64,000 nucleotides of DNA from an uncultured Planctomycetota bacterium (GCA_963849325.1 CAWKHF010000002.1:768001-832000), one strand, 5' to 3'; positions 1 through 10,570 are shown, counted from the first letter of the stretch. Made by a program: numbers and translations. The notes: a model not told the origin generated them from the sequence alone.

Positions 1-286
1 CAAGTGCTTCTATCAGCACAACCGCACCAAGTCCGGCGGCGAGCTGTCGCAGGACCAGACGCAGGGCTACGGACCCGAGCGCTACCAGGTCGTCCGGGCG
101 CAGCCGGGCGTGTACACGGTATTCGTCCATTACTTCCGTCCCAATCCGAACCTGCTGGGCGGCGAAACGCACGTCAACGTCCGCGTGACGCGCTTCGCCG
201 GCACGCCGCAAGAAAAGGTCGAACGACACACCGTCATCCTCAAGCGGCACAACGAGCAGGTCGAGGTCTGCAAGATCCCGTTCTGA
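1..286 (+). CDS. C-terminal part of a YfaP/DUF2135-type domain protein (partial)
   Basis: Frame 2 reads KCFYQHNRTKSGGELSQDQTQGYGPERY...YTVFVHYF...CKIPF, with TGA at 284-286. The D-x-T-x-GYGPE and Y-x-V-x-VHY[FY] motifs are typical of DUF2135. Not in the ORF track because there is no start codon in the window. Confidence 0.75.
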   Translation, partial: KCFYQHNRTKSGGELSQDQTQGYGPERYQVVRAQPGVYTVFVHYFRPNPNLLGGETHVNVRVTRFAGTPQEKVERHTVILKRHNEQVEVCKIPF

Positions 287-307
287 CCGCACGCCCGCCT
301 CTCCTTC

Positions 308-356
308 AAACGCCGGGGTTTGACGCCAGGCGCCGAACCCCGGCGTTCCTTTTTTT
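308..356 (+). terminator. Rho-independent terminator
   Basis: Inverted repeat AACGCCGGGGTT / AACCCCGGCGTT followed by a T run, just after the stop at 286. Confidence 0.8.
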
Positions 357-408
357 GATCCTGATACAATGCGTGGATGCGTCCTTCGAGCGCATCCCGA
401 AGAACTCT

Positions 409-453
409 CGTTTAGCCGCGACGCAGCGCTCCGCTGCGCGTCGCGGCTAAACG
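409..453. repeat. Palindromic REP-like element, family A (GTTTAGCCGCGACGC...GCGTCGCGGCTAAAC)
   Basis: Related copies at 10509-10564, 17162-17227 and 25289-25349, all intergenic. Confidence 0.85.
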
Positions 454-476
454 AAAAGAGCAAGCGAGAATACCCT

Positions 477-2364
477 GTGGTCGGCGCACGCATCCGCTTG
501 GCTTCGCTGTGGCTATCGCAGGTGGCCCGCGTCCTGGCCGATTGGTGTTTGCGCGTGACGGCCCTGTTGACGTGGTCCGACGCGGCCCGGCCGGCCGGCG
601 ATGCCTGGCACGTGGCGACGGCTGTCTTCATCGCTCCGTTTCCTCCTGCTGGCTCCGATCAACGGCTGCGTCAACAACGGCTTGCCGCGCCGCTGGGTGT
701 TGACCGGCTCGGCGGCGTTCGCACTGCTGGTGGTGGCACTGTTCGCGGCGGGGTCGTGGCCGTGGATGGTGTGCCTGGGTGTGGTGGCGCTGGGGTCGGC
801 CGTCTACAGTCCGGCGCGATACGCCATGCTGCCGGCCGTGGCCGAGGACGCGCGCATCCCTCTGCCGCGCGTCAACGGCTGGATCGAGATGGGCGGCGCC
901 TCGGCCATCATCGGCGGCGTCGCCCTCGGATGGGCCGCCGCACCGAACACAATGGGGCCGCTTGCCGGCCATGTCGTACCCGTGCTGCTCGGCCTCAACC
1001 TGCTCAGTTTCGTCACCGCGCTGCCCGCGTCGTTCCCGTCGGATGTGCGGCGGCCGGAGTCGCCGGCGCGGGCCGTCGCCGGTTTCTTCCGCGATACCCT
1101 CCGCATCGGCCGGGAGCCGGCCGCTCGCGGCAGCCTGCTCGGTCTGGCTTGTTTCCAGGCCATCGTCACGGCGGGTTCCGGCGCGATCGTCGAGCACACG
1201 CTGGGCCGAGAGCTGCATGCGGGCCTGTTGCAAGCGCTGGTGCTGATGGGGATGGGAGCGGCGCTGGGCTGCCTGACGGCCAGTTGGCAGGGGCATCCGC
1301 GCCGCAGTCTCGGCCTGGTCCCGCTCGGCGCCACGGGTCTGCTTTTGGCCCTGGGCTGGGCGACGCGAGCGGTGTCCGCCGAGGCGGCACTGCCGCTGCT
1401 TCCTTGCTTCGTGCTGGGCTTCATGGGCGGACTGGTCAACGTGCCGCTCCGCGCCGCCTATCAGGCGGCGGTGCCAGCCGACGCGCGCGGCAACGGCATG
1501 GCCGTTATGAACTCCGTTATCTACCTTTTGACGACGGCCCTGGCCCTGCTCCTGGTCGTCCTCGTTCGTGGTGAGCTGCTGCGCACTCCTGTCGCACAGT
1601 TAGCGTTCCTGGTCGCGCTGGCCGCGGGTGGGGCTGCCGTCGCCTGGAGACGATTGTTTCCGCAGACGGTCGAGCAACTGGTGGAAATTCTGCTCACGCC
1701 GATGTACCGGGTACGGACGCACGGACCGGGCCGCGACCTCATCCCGCGTCGCGGACCTCTGTTGATCGTCGCCAATCACGCCGCCTATCTCGATCCGATG
1801 TGGCTGTGCAAAATGATCCCGCGACAGGTCAAGCCGATGATGACCAGCGTGTTCTACGATTTGCCCTTCATCCACTGGTCGATGGTCCACATCATCGGCG
1901 CCATCCGCGTGCCGGCCGTCGGTTTTCGCCGCGAAGCGCCCGAGCTGCGCGAGGCGGTCTCCGTGCTGCGTCGGGGCGGCTGCATCCTCATCTTCCCCGA
2001 GGCCCAGCTGCGCCGCCGCGAAGACCAGCCGCTGCGCCTGTTCGGCCAGGGCGTCTGGCGCATTCTGCACGAGCTGCCGGATACGCCGGTACTGGTCTGC
2101 TGGATCGAGGGCGGCTGGGGCAGTTTCACGTCCTATTTCAACGGCCCGCCGATGCACGGCAAGCGCCTCGACTGGCGGCGGCGCATCGACATCGCCGTGG
2201 ACAGGCCGCACACGCTCGACCCGGCGATCCTGACCGATCAGCAGGCGACGCGACAGTACCTCATGCGTGCCTGTCTGGAGTGCCGTCGTTACCTCGGGCT
2301 GCCGGTGCTCACTGTCCGCGAGGACAAAACCGCCGATAAAGAGTTTGCGGATCGTGAATCGTAA
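477..2364 (+). CDS. MFS (LplT-like) transporter fused to PlsC-type acyltransferase; frameshift near 640
   Basis: Multiple TM segments and SPARYAMLP, then acyltransferase motifs NHAAYLD and IFPEA. The N-terminus RLASLWLSQVARVLADW lies in the 369 frame and the rest in the 601 frame. Confidence 0.8.
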
Positions 2365-2374
2365 ATGGTAGTTC

Positions 2375-3860
2375 TCACGATTCGGACACGACGGGCTTGG
2401 TGGCGTCGAAGCGCAGCCACAGGAGCATGGCGAGGACGTAAACGCCGCCGAAGACAAGGAAGTTGACCGTCCAGCCGTGCGGCTCGAAGCGATCGAGCAC
2501 CCAGCCGGTCGTGATGCCGGCGGCGGCCCCGCCCAGGTTGCCGATCGTGTTCATGCAGCCGGAAACGATGCCGGAGTAGTGCCGGCCGATGTCGATACAG
2601 CTGGCCCATGCCGCCCCCATCGTCAGGTCGTTCCAGAACGCGGCCAGGGCGATCGCCAGTACGAACATCCACGGCGACGAGGCGTACAGGCTCAGGAAAT
2701 AGCAAATGGCGCAGACGCCGTGCCCCAGCGCCGAACAGCCGCCGACCCCACTTGCGGTTGCCGGTGCGGCGGATGAACGCATCGGTCATCAGGCCGCCGA
2801 ACAAACAAGCCAGCGAACCCAGCAGCAGCGGCGCCCCGCTCAGCAGGCTCATCGTCCAGAAACCGTGCGTCTCTTGCGTGACGCCGTACTTCGTGCCCAG
2901 ATACTTCGGCAGCCAGGTGATGTTGAAATACCAGCCATAGGAGGCGCAGAAATACATCAGGCACAGCGACCACAGGTTGCCGCTGGTCAGCAGCCGGCCC
3001 CACGGCACGTTGGCGTGCGATTCCCCTTCCTGGGCCAGCAATTCCTCCTCGGCGGTGAACGGATCGAGTTCCCCCTGGAGAGGAGGTTCGGTGAGGATGC
3101 CGGTTTTGGCGGCTTCGGGGATAATGCCGGTGGACTTGGCAACGGAGCCGGCAGGCGCGCTCTCCCCGCGGATGAGGGCCAACTCCGCCGCGTTGACGCC
3201 GGGGTGCTGGTCCGGACGATCGCGGAACCACCACCAAAATACCACGCACCAGACCAGACCCAGGGCACCGAAGATCCAGAACGAATGCCGCCAGTGGACG
3301 ACCGACTCGCCCTGCGGCGTGACCGTGTGGATCATGAGGGCCAGCACGGCGAAGGACGACATGCCGCCGGCGAAACGTCCCGCCATCCACACCGTACCCT
3401 GGGCGAAGCCGCGCTCCTCGAAGGGAAACCAGCTGTGGAAGGAGCGCGCGATGTTCGGATAGGCGCCGGCCTCGCCCATGCCGAACAGGAAGCGGACAAG
3501 GAACATGGCCGCGAAGGCGAACCACGGCCAGCCCGGATACGGCGAGATGGTGCCGGTCAGGGCGGTGAACAGCGACCACCACAGGACGATGCGGATGAGC
3601 GTGCGGCGCGGGCCGAAGACGTCGCCCATCCAGCCGCTGGGCACCTCGAACAGCGCATACGCGAAGGCGAAAGCGGTGAATAGCCAGCCCACTTGCTGCT
3701 TGCTCAGGGCGAATTCCCGCTCGATGTGCGGCGCCACCGTGGCGAAGCACACACGATCCAGGTAAGTGATCATCGACAGGGCGCAAGCGAAACCCAGAAC
3801 GCCGTAACGCACTCGAGTCGGTCGTTGCAGCGCGGAGAGAGAGGATACGTCGCGATTCAT
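2375..3860 (-). CDS. MFS transporter, anion:cation symporter (glucarate/galactonate-like) family; frameshift near 2730
   Basis: ITYLDRV, GWMGDVFGPRR, RFLFGMGEAGAYP and GCMNTIGNLGG, split over ORFs 2289..3860 and 2375..2782. Confidence 0.85.
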
Positions 3861-3974
3861 GCCTCTGGCCGGTCAGGAACACGGGCGGTGGGTTGGAGCC
3901 TACGAATCACTGTACAGGCACGGCCGGCGAAGGGAAAGCGAAAAGAGAACGACGAACGGATTGGCGGGGAGAAA

Positions 3975-4394
3975 TCAGGGGGCGGGAGGAACTGGCGTCT
4001 GGAGGCGGACGCGCGGCGGAGGCACGTCGGGCAGGATGCGGAAATACTGATCGAGCGAGCCGGAAGGCAGGGCGCCCTGGTAAAGGACGCAGTTGGGAGA
4101 TTTGGCGTCGTAGATGGTGAGGACCTTGTTGCCGGACAGCACGATGCCGGGCGTCGTCGCCTCGCCGGGCCGAAGAAGGTACGGTCGATGGCGGTGGTAG
4201 ACGCCGTGACAAACGCCTGCGACCTGAACGACAAGGGGAGTGTTGCAGACATTGCGGAAGACGAGTGTCTCGGCGGAGACCGGCGCAGCCGGCCAACCGG
4301 CGAACAGTGCGAGCAGCAGGCCCGAGAACCAGCGGGCCGTGAAGCTCTCCCATATTCCGTCGCCGACGCGGACCATCCCATCGACCTCCGGCAT
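3975..4394 (-). CDS. Hypothetical secreted protein
   Basis: Hydrophobic signal ending VSA, followed by a small beta-rich domain. Start uncertain. Confidence 0.55.
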   Translation of the reverse strand: MPEVDGMVRVGDGIWESFTARWFSGLLLALFAGWPAAPVSAETLVFRNVCNTPLVVQVAGVCHGVYHRHRPYLLRPGEATTPGIVLSGNKVLTIYDAKSPNCVLYQGALPSGSLDQYFRILPDVPPPRVRLQTPVPPAP

Positions 4395-4442
4395 CGCTCC
4401 ACGATCTCAGGGAGAATGCCGGGGTCGAGCAAACTTGCGCCA

Positions 4443-4499
4443 TCCGAGCCTGAAGCGTTAGCGAAGAGTGCCATTCTTCGCTAACGCTTCAGGCTCGGA
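4443..4499. repeat. Palindromic REP-like element, family B (GAGCCTGAAGCGTWAGCGAAG...CTTCGCTWACGCTTCAGGCTC)
   Basis: Close copies at 16184-16273 and 38006-38053. Diverged relatives at 5388-5444, 13016-13073 and a half copy at 33643-33666. Confidence 0.85.
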
Positions 4500-4526
4500 C
4501 AAATACAAACAAACGGCCCAACGGAG

Positions 4527-5340
4527 TTACGCGACTTCCTTGCATTCCCCCTTTTGCTGGCGCCGCTGCGACTCGAAGGCGCGGGCCTCCTCGACGGCAA
4601 GAACAATCGCTGAGCCGTTCCAGGTCGCCAGGTCCGACTCGTAGCCGGCCTTGACGCCGGCCTGCACGATGTACTTGACTAGCTCGCCCGGCTGGCAAAC
4701 GCCCTGCTGAGCGAGACGGGCGTCGTAGTCGGAAACGCGGCGCTGCAACTCGACGCCGTTGGCCGGCATGGCCGGGCCGCCCTTGGTCGGGGCCGGCTTC
4801 CCGGCGCCGTTCGTCGCCTCGATAGCGATTCGAGACAACTTCTTCGGACGCGGCAAAGCGGACGGCGGCAAGGTCGGCGCCCGGGCAAACTGCCGCTTGT
4901 GCGGATCGTAATCGACCCACTGCGATGGCAAGCGATACAGGTAACGGCCGACGCCGAACTTGACAGCGGCGCGCTTCGAGCGCGTCGGAGAAAGCGGCCT
5001 TGCGGCGGTCGCCCTCGTCGGGTTGTTCGCTCGGACCGCCCACGTCCATTTTCGTGATCCACTCGTCGCCCAGCCGCAAACGCAGCCGGCAGACCACCGA
5101 ACCATCCGGCAGACACTCGTATTCGTCCTGCCAGCCCGTGACGCCGAGCACGTCGTCGAGACGATCCTGAATGACGCGGGCGTCCACGTAGGCCAGCGCC
5201 AGGGCGCGATTGCCGCTGACGACCGCCGGCTTGAAGCGCACTTCGCGCGCATCGAACGGAGCGGCCAAGGCTCCCGTCAACTCTTCCACGCCCGGCGCCG
5301 CGAGGGTCGGCGTCGAATCCGCGTGATCTTTCGGATGCAT
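4527..5340 (-). CDS. Rad52/Rad22-family single-strand annealing protein (Sak/DdrA-like); frameshift near 4978
   Basis: ALAYVDARVIQDRLDDVLG..GW, TKMDVG, and KAAFSDAL-KRAAVKFGVGRYLY after joining ORFs 4489..5340 and 4527..5252. Confidence 0.85.
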
Positions 5341-5462
5341 GATCGATTCTCCTTACTCATTCGGAAATTCGGGACTACGCCGGGCCTCCGAGCCGCGAGC
5401 GTCCGCAAGCGGGAGCAGTCCGCTCGCTGATGTTCACGGTTCGGCGTTTCCCGTTTTTATAG

Positions 5463-5476
5463 TGTACGCATGTACA
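5463..5476. promoter_or_regulatory. Palindromic operator TGTAC-N4-GTACA overlapping a minus-strand -10 (TACACT); candidate LexA-type box
   Basis: TGTAC GCAT GTACA in an AT-rich patch about 120 nt upstream of the Rad52-like gene. Confidence 0.55.
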
Positions 5477-5537
5477 AATAAAAAGGCCAGCACGGCAGGA
5501 GAAAAAAGTCGCGGCACCTACTCGTGAAGGGCATGGA

Positions 5538-6455
5538 TCACTTGATGAAATTCAGCAGACTCAGGTTGAGGACTTGCGAAGCGGAGTAGAGCGTCGCTTG
5601 AAAGAGGTTCTGTTCCGCTTGCAGGCCGACGACGACCTGGGTGATGTCCGCGTTCTGGACGTTGTTGATTTGTTGCTGCGTCTGGAGCTGTACATTCTGG
5701 ATCTGCTGCGTGACGGCTTGCAGGTTCTGCAAGCTGGCGGACTGCTGTCCGACGGTGGTCAGAATGCTGTCGTTGGCGTTGTCCAGCTGTGGCAAGAGCT
5801 GGTTGACGGCGGCCGCCTGCTGGCTGGCGTTCAGACCGGAGGTGTTGTTGAGAGCGTCGCGCAGGGAAGCGAGGGTCTGGAACACGTCGGCGCCGGGCGC
5901 CTGGAACACCTGGCTGCCGGCGTAAAGCGTCCGCACCTGTTGCCCCTGGCCAATCGGCTCGGAGACCGACTGCGTCGAGCCGTTGTAGACGACCTGTCCC
6001 CCGGCGTTGACCGTGAAGGGGGTTGTCTGCGACGAGGCGCCGCCATACAGGTATTGGCCGCTCTGCTGCGTGTTGGCCAGGGCGAGCACCTCGTTGAAGA
6101 TGGAGTCGGCCTGGGACCCCAGCGCCTGCATCGCTTCGGGCGTCTCGGTGTTGTTGCTGCCTTGCAGGGCCAGCTGCTTGGCCTGGGCGAGCAGGTTGGA
6201 CACCTGCGTCAGCGTGGATACGCTGTCGTTCAGCTTGGCCTGGGCATCGGAGACGTTCTGCTGATAGACGCCCAGCCGGTTGTACTGGGCCTGGTTGGAC
6301 ATCACTTGCAGAGCGCCGGCCGGGTCGTCGGACGGCTGAAGAATGCGCTTGCCGGACGAGGCTTGCTGCTGCAAGACGGCCAGCTGGCTGTACTCCTGCT
6401 GGGCGTTGGCGACGGCGTTGGAGACGATCACCTGGGGAGTTATGCGCATTTCCAT
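5538..6455 (-). CDS. flgL: Flagellar hook-associated protein 3
   Basis: MRIT..., QQQASSGKRILQPSDDPAG, LANTQQSGQYLYGG and C-terminal LSLLNFIK. Confidence 0.92.
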   Translation of the reverse strand: MEMRITPQVIVSNAVANAQQEYSQLAVLQQQASSGKRILQPSDDPAGALQVMSNQAQYNRLGVYQQNVSDAQAKLNDSVSTLTQVSNLLAQAKQLALQGSNNTETPEAMQALGSQADSIFNEVLALANTQQSGQYLYGGASSQTTPFTVNAGGQVVYNGSTQSVSEPIGQGQQVRTLYAGSQVFQAPGADVFQTLASLRDALNNTSGLNASQQAAAVNQLLPQLDNANDSILTTVGQQSASLQNLQAVTQQIQNVQLQTQQQINNVQNADITQVVVGLQAEQNLFQATLYSASQVLNLSLLNFIK

Positions 6456-6457
6456 GT

Positions 6458-8443
6458 TTATCCGATGCTCGACTGGAGAACCTGAAGCAAGTAAGCGAGC
6501 GTCGAGTTCACCGAGGCGATGTACTCGGAGGCCATCTGGAACGACTGCTGGAAATTCATGAGATTAACCAGCTCGGTATTGGGATCGACGCCCGAAATGC
6601 TCTGCTGCTGGGTCTGGAGCTGCTGTCCCAGCGCCTGCTGGCTGGTCTGCTGATCGGTCAACTGTTGCACCTGCGTCGCCACGGCGCCGACGGTGGCGTC
6701 GAATGCCTGGGTGAAGGTCTGCGTACCGTTGCCGAGCAGGGGCTGGTCGTGCAGGGCGGACAGTCGGCTGAGGTTGCTGTTGTCGCCGCTGTCGCCGCTG
6801 CGCGAGGCGGCCAACAAGCTCGGATTGTTCACGAGGGCCGGCTGGACGGCGATGTCGGCCGCCGTGCTGCCGCTGAAAAAGGTGCCCAGGCCCAGCGCCG
6901 TCAGGAGGCCGGAGGTGTCCGGCTGGGCCACGACCGGCGTGGAGAAGGTATCGCCGTTGTTGGCCGTTCCCGAAGCCAGCTGCACCGTGACGCCGTTGGC
7001 CACGGTCAACGCCGTGCCGGGCGTATAGCCCTGGCCGATGTTCAGCTTGGCGACGGCCGTGCCGCTGGAATCGGTGACCTGCAAGGCGAGGTTGGGCGTG
7101 ACGCCGACCGTGCCGCTGCCGACGACCTGGAAGCTGTAGGTGTCGTTGCTGGTGCCGGTGTACTGGCCGCCGACCTGCGGCGCCGCGGTGCCGGTGAAGC
7201 TGCTCGTGTCCAGCGTGGTCGGCAGTCGGCCGGCGAAGTCGAAGGTGTAGCCGGGCTTGGCCAACACTTGCAGCGTGCCGGTCTGCGGGTTGGTCACGGC
7301 CTGCAAGTTGGGCACGGCACTCAGGGCGGAAGCCACGTCGTTGAGACTCTGCGTGGACGGATCGATGTGTACCGCGTTGAGCGTGCGAGCGCCGGTGGAC
7401 AGGTTGGTGACGCTGACGTACAGGGTGCCGGCCTGCGGCGGAAAGTCGAGTCCAGCCTGGTCCAGCGGCGCCTTGACGCTGCTGGCCCCGCGCGTGCCCG
7501 CCAGCAACGTGGACGGGCCGGACAGGCCTAGCCCGGTCGCTTGCACGTTGTCCACCTGCTGAATGATGGTGCCGGCCAGTGTGTTGAGCTGCGTCTGCAC
7601 GTCCGCTAACGACTGGTTCCGCGCCGTCAGGAGACCGCCGATTTGACCGCCCGCGACTGCCAGCGGCGTGGACGAGCCGGACAGCGTCACCTGCGCCTGT
7701 CCGGAGGCATCCAGCGAGAATTGCAGGGCACTGCTCTGGTTGGCTACCACCAGCGGCACGCCGCCGGCCAACACGTTGACCTCGTTGAACGAGGCCGGGA
7801 CCACCTGCACATTGAGGGACTGGGCCAGCTGGTTGATGAGCTGGTCGCGCTGGTCGAGTTGATCGTTGGGCGTGGACCCGGTGACGGTGGCGATCTGAAT
7901 CTGGCCGTTGAGCTGGGCGATCTGCTGGGCCAGCGAGTTGACGTTCGTCACGGTGTCGCTCAGCTGCGTGTCTACACCGGCCTGAATCTGGCTGAGGCCG
8001 CTGTTGAGGGAATGGAAGGTGTTGGTGAGGTTCTGGGCGTCGCCGAGGACGACGGCGCGCTGCGTGGTGTCGGCCGGTTGGGTGGCGAGCTGTTCGATAT
8101 CGTTAAAAAACGTCTCCATGTCGTCGCCCAGCGTGCCGGACGACGGACTGAGGTTGGACTGTACCTGCTGCATGGTGTCCAGCTGGGCCGTCGTATCGGC
8201 CAGCGTGAACGTCTGGTTGGTGATGGCCGTTTCCAGCGGGTTGTCGAGGAGCCGACGCGTGTCGGCGACCTGGACGCCGCTGCCCAGGGAGAGATTGCCA
8301 ATCTGCGTGGGCAGCGCTTCGGTCAGGTCCGCGACTTGCCGGTGATAGCCGGGCGTGTTGGCGTTGGACAGGTTCTCGCCGACGATCGCCAGGGCGGTCT
8401 GGGCGGCATTCAGAGCGGAGACGCCGGGGCTGTAGAGGGACAT
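6458..8443 (-). CDS. flgK: Flagellar hook-associated protein 1
   Basis: ENLSNANTPGYHRQ, LDQRDQL and ISGVDPNTELVNLMNFQQSFQ. Confidence 0.92.
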   Translation of the reverse strand: MSLYSPGVSALNAAQTALAIVGENLSNANTPGYHRQVADLTEALPTQIGNLSLGSGVQVADTRRLLDNPLETAITNQTFTLADTTAQLDTMQQVQSNLSPSSGTLGDDMETFFNDIEQLATQPADTTQRAVVLGDAQNLTNTFHSLNSGLSQIQAGVDTQLSDTVTNVNSLAQQIAQLNGQIQIATVTGSTPNDQLDQRDQLINQLAQSLNVQVVPASFNEVNVLAGGVPLVVANQSSALQFSLDASGQAQVTLSGSSTPLAVAGGQIGGLLTARNQSLADVQTQLNTLAGTIIQQVDNVQATGLGLSGPSTLLAGTRGASSVKAPLDQAGLDFPPQAGTLYVSVTNLSTGARTLNAVHIDPSTQSLNDVASALSAVPNLQAVTNPQTGTLQVLAKPGYTFDFAGRLPTTLDTSSFTGTAAPQVGGQYTGTSNDTYSFQVVGSGTVGVTPNLALQVTDSSGTAVAKLNIGQGYTPGTALTVANGVTVQLASGTANNGDTFSTPVVAQPDTSGLLTALGLGTFFSGSTAADIAVQPALVNNPSLLAASRSGDSGDNSNLSRLSALHDQPLLGNGTQTFTQAFDATVGAVATQVQQLTDQQTSQQALGQQLQTQQQSISGVDPNTELVNLMNFQQSFQMASEYIASVNSTLAYLLQVLQSSIG

Positions 8444-8447
8444 GCGG

Positions 8448-8978
8448 TTACACCCGAGCTTCGAGGAAGGAGCCGCACGACGCCTCCCGGCGTTCTCCGC
8501 GCGGTCCGTAGGCGGCGCCGACGTCCGAGCCGGTCAGACCGGCGAACAGGCTGCCGAGGAACGCGCGAGCGTAGCCGAGAAGGGCGGCATTGTGGTGGGT
8601 GAGCCGGTCGGCCTCGCCGACCAACTCGACAAGACAGGCATGACGCTGGAGCAGTCGGCCGCGCGCCGGTTCCTCCAGCGACAGGGCGGCGCCGCGCAGT
8701 GTCACCTCGCCGGCCGGGACGCCGAGGAGGGAGGACAGCGAGGCGCGCAGCCGCTCGCGGACCAGGGCCATTTCCTGGCTGGTCCGGGCGAGTTGCTCCT
8801 GACGATCGCGCAGCGCGGCCAGGCTGCCGAGGTTGCGCTGGACGAAGGCGGCACGAACCTGGCGCAGCGACCGCAGCACGTCGGCGAGCAACGCCTCTTC
8901 GTGCGCCAGGTGTGCTTCGCACAGGGCGAGGACGTCGGCGTCAGCCTGGCGACGAGACGCTGGGTGGGGACGGCGCAT
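8448..8978 (-). CDS. flgN: FlgN-like flagellar export chaperone
   Basis: Helical Leu/Arg-rich 176 aa protein between flgJ and flgK, with N..LL and YG..G C-terminal pattern. Confidence 0.65.
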   Translation of the reverse strand: MRRPHPASRRQADADVLALCEAHLAHEEALLADVLRSLRQVRAAFVQRNLGSLAALRDRQEQLARTSQEMALVRERLRASLSSLLGVPAGEVTLRGAALSLEEPARGRLLQRHACLVELVGEADRLTHHNAALLGYARAFLGSLFAGLTGSDVGAAYGPRGERREASCGSFLEARV

Positions 8979-9282
8979 GCGGGGTCGTCGGCTCCAGTTG
9001 CTTCATCAGGGCCTGGGCGATGCCCATGCCTTTGCCCTGGGTGAGATGCTGGGCCATGAACTGATCGAACAGGCCGCCGTAAACATCGCCGCCATCGCTG
9101 CCGAACAGCGAACCGGGTTCGAGCGTCTGTCTCATCTCCTTGAGGAGCATGGTCAGGAAAACGCTCTCGAACCCCTTGGCGGCGTCGGTCAGGGAGGGTT
9201 TGTGCCGTCCATCGCTCATGGACCCCGCCATCCCGAGCGGGGCGCTTAATTGTGAAACAGACGACAGCGCCGGTCCAATCAT
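8941..9282 (-). CDS. flgJ: Short FlgJ (rod-binding domain only)
   Basis: AAKGFESVFLTMLLKEMRQT...YGGLFDQFMAQHL..GKGMGIAQALMKQL, ATG at 9282. Confidence 0.8.
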   Translation of the reverse strand: MIGPALSSVSQLSAPLGMAGSMSDGRHKPSLTDAAKGFESVFLTMLLKEMRQTLEPGSLFGSDGGDVYGGLFDQFMAQHLTQGKGMGIAQALMKQLEPTTPHAPSPPSVSSPG

Positions 9283-9371
9283 TTGCCCGTCCTCCCGTGA
9301 AGGGGTTGCCGCTTTTTCCGTCAGTCCCCGAAAAGTTTTCCGAGCCTGCCGCCCTCGAACCGGCAGGACTA

Positions 9372-10486
9372 TTAAATAATGACCAGTTCCGCTTGCAGGG
9401 CGCCGGCCTGCTTGATCGCCTGGAAGATGGAGATCAGGTCGCGCGGCGATACGCCCAGGGCGTTGAGCGCCCGCGCCAGGTCGGCGACCGTGACCGTTTG
9501 CGGGGCGATGTACATGGAGGCGGCCTGCTCGGTGACGCCGATGTTGGTGCGCGGCACGACGACGGTTCGTCCCTGGCTGAAGGCGTTGGGCTGCGACACC
9601 TGCGGCGTCTCGCGCGTGACAATGGCGAGGTTGCCGTGGGCGATGGCGACCGTGGCGATCTTGACGTTTTCGCCGGCCACGACGGTGCCGGTGCGTTCGT
9701 TGATGACGACGCGCGCCGGCGAATCGGGGAGCACTTCCAGGTTGCCCAGGTCGCTGAGGAAGGCGACGGCATGAGCGCGGAACTCGTGCGGCACGTCCAC
9801 CTCGACGGTGCCGGCGTCCAGCGGCAGAGCGCGGCCCGGCGCCCACTCGTTGATGCCGGTGGCGATCGAACGCGCCGTCGCGTAGTCGGGGTTTTTCAAG
9901 AGCAGATGGATGCGGCCCTTGAACATCACCTCGCCGCGCGCCTCGTGTTCGACCAGTCCTCCGCCGGGGATGCGAGCGACGGCGACGAAGTTCTTCTGCG
10001 CGCTGGCGGCGGCGCCGCCGAAGGTGAAGCCGCCGACCGACAGCGGTCCCTGGCCCACCGCGTAGACGACGCCGTCGGCGCCCTTGAGCGGCGTGAACAA
10101 CAGGGTGCCGCCTTGCAGACTGCTGGCGTCGTCGATCACCGACACGGTCACATCCAGCCGGCTGCCGATGCGCGAGAACGGCCCGATCTCGGCCGTCACC
10201 ATCACCGCCGAGATGCTGCGCGAGCGGAACACGTTGTCCGTCTGCACCTGCTGCACGATCTTCGAGTTGACGCACAGGTGTTTCATCATGTCCACGCCGA
10301 CCTGCTGCGTGAACAGGCTCGTGCCGCCGGTGCCGCCCAGGCCGATGACCAGGCCGAAGCCGTACAGCTGGTTGGCTCGCGCCCCTTCGAGGTCGGTTAT
10401 GTCCTTGATGCGCGCTCCGGCGCGAGCCGGGGCGGCGTGGCGAGGATGCCGAGGACGCAGGCCAGCGCGATCGTCAGGCGTGTCAT
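9372..10486 (-). CDS. flgI: Flagellar P-ring protein; frameshift near 10430
   Basis: ARIKDITDLEGARANQLYGFGLVIGLGGTG, ARVVINERTGTVVAG and AIKQAGALQAEL. Confidence 0.92.
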
Positions 10487-10508
10487 GGGCAGACCCCGTT
10501 ATCGCTTC

Positions 10509-10564
10509 CCGTTTCGCCGCGACGTGAGCGCAGAGCGCTGTCGCTGCAAGTCGCGGCGAAACGG
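10509..10564. repeat. REP-like element, family A
   Basis: CCGTTTCGCCGCGAC...GTCGCGGCGAAACGG in the flgH-flgI spacer. Confidence 0.75.
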
Positions 10565-10570
10565 AAGATA

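Noticed and set aside
4527-5340. Prophage remnant around the Rad52-like gene
   Set aside because: No integrase, structural or replication phage genes nearby, and composition matches the host.
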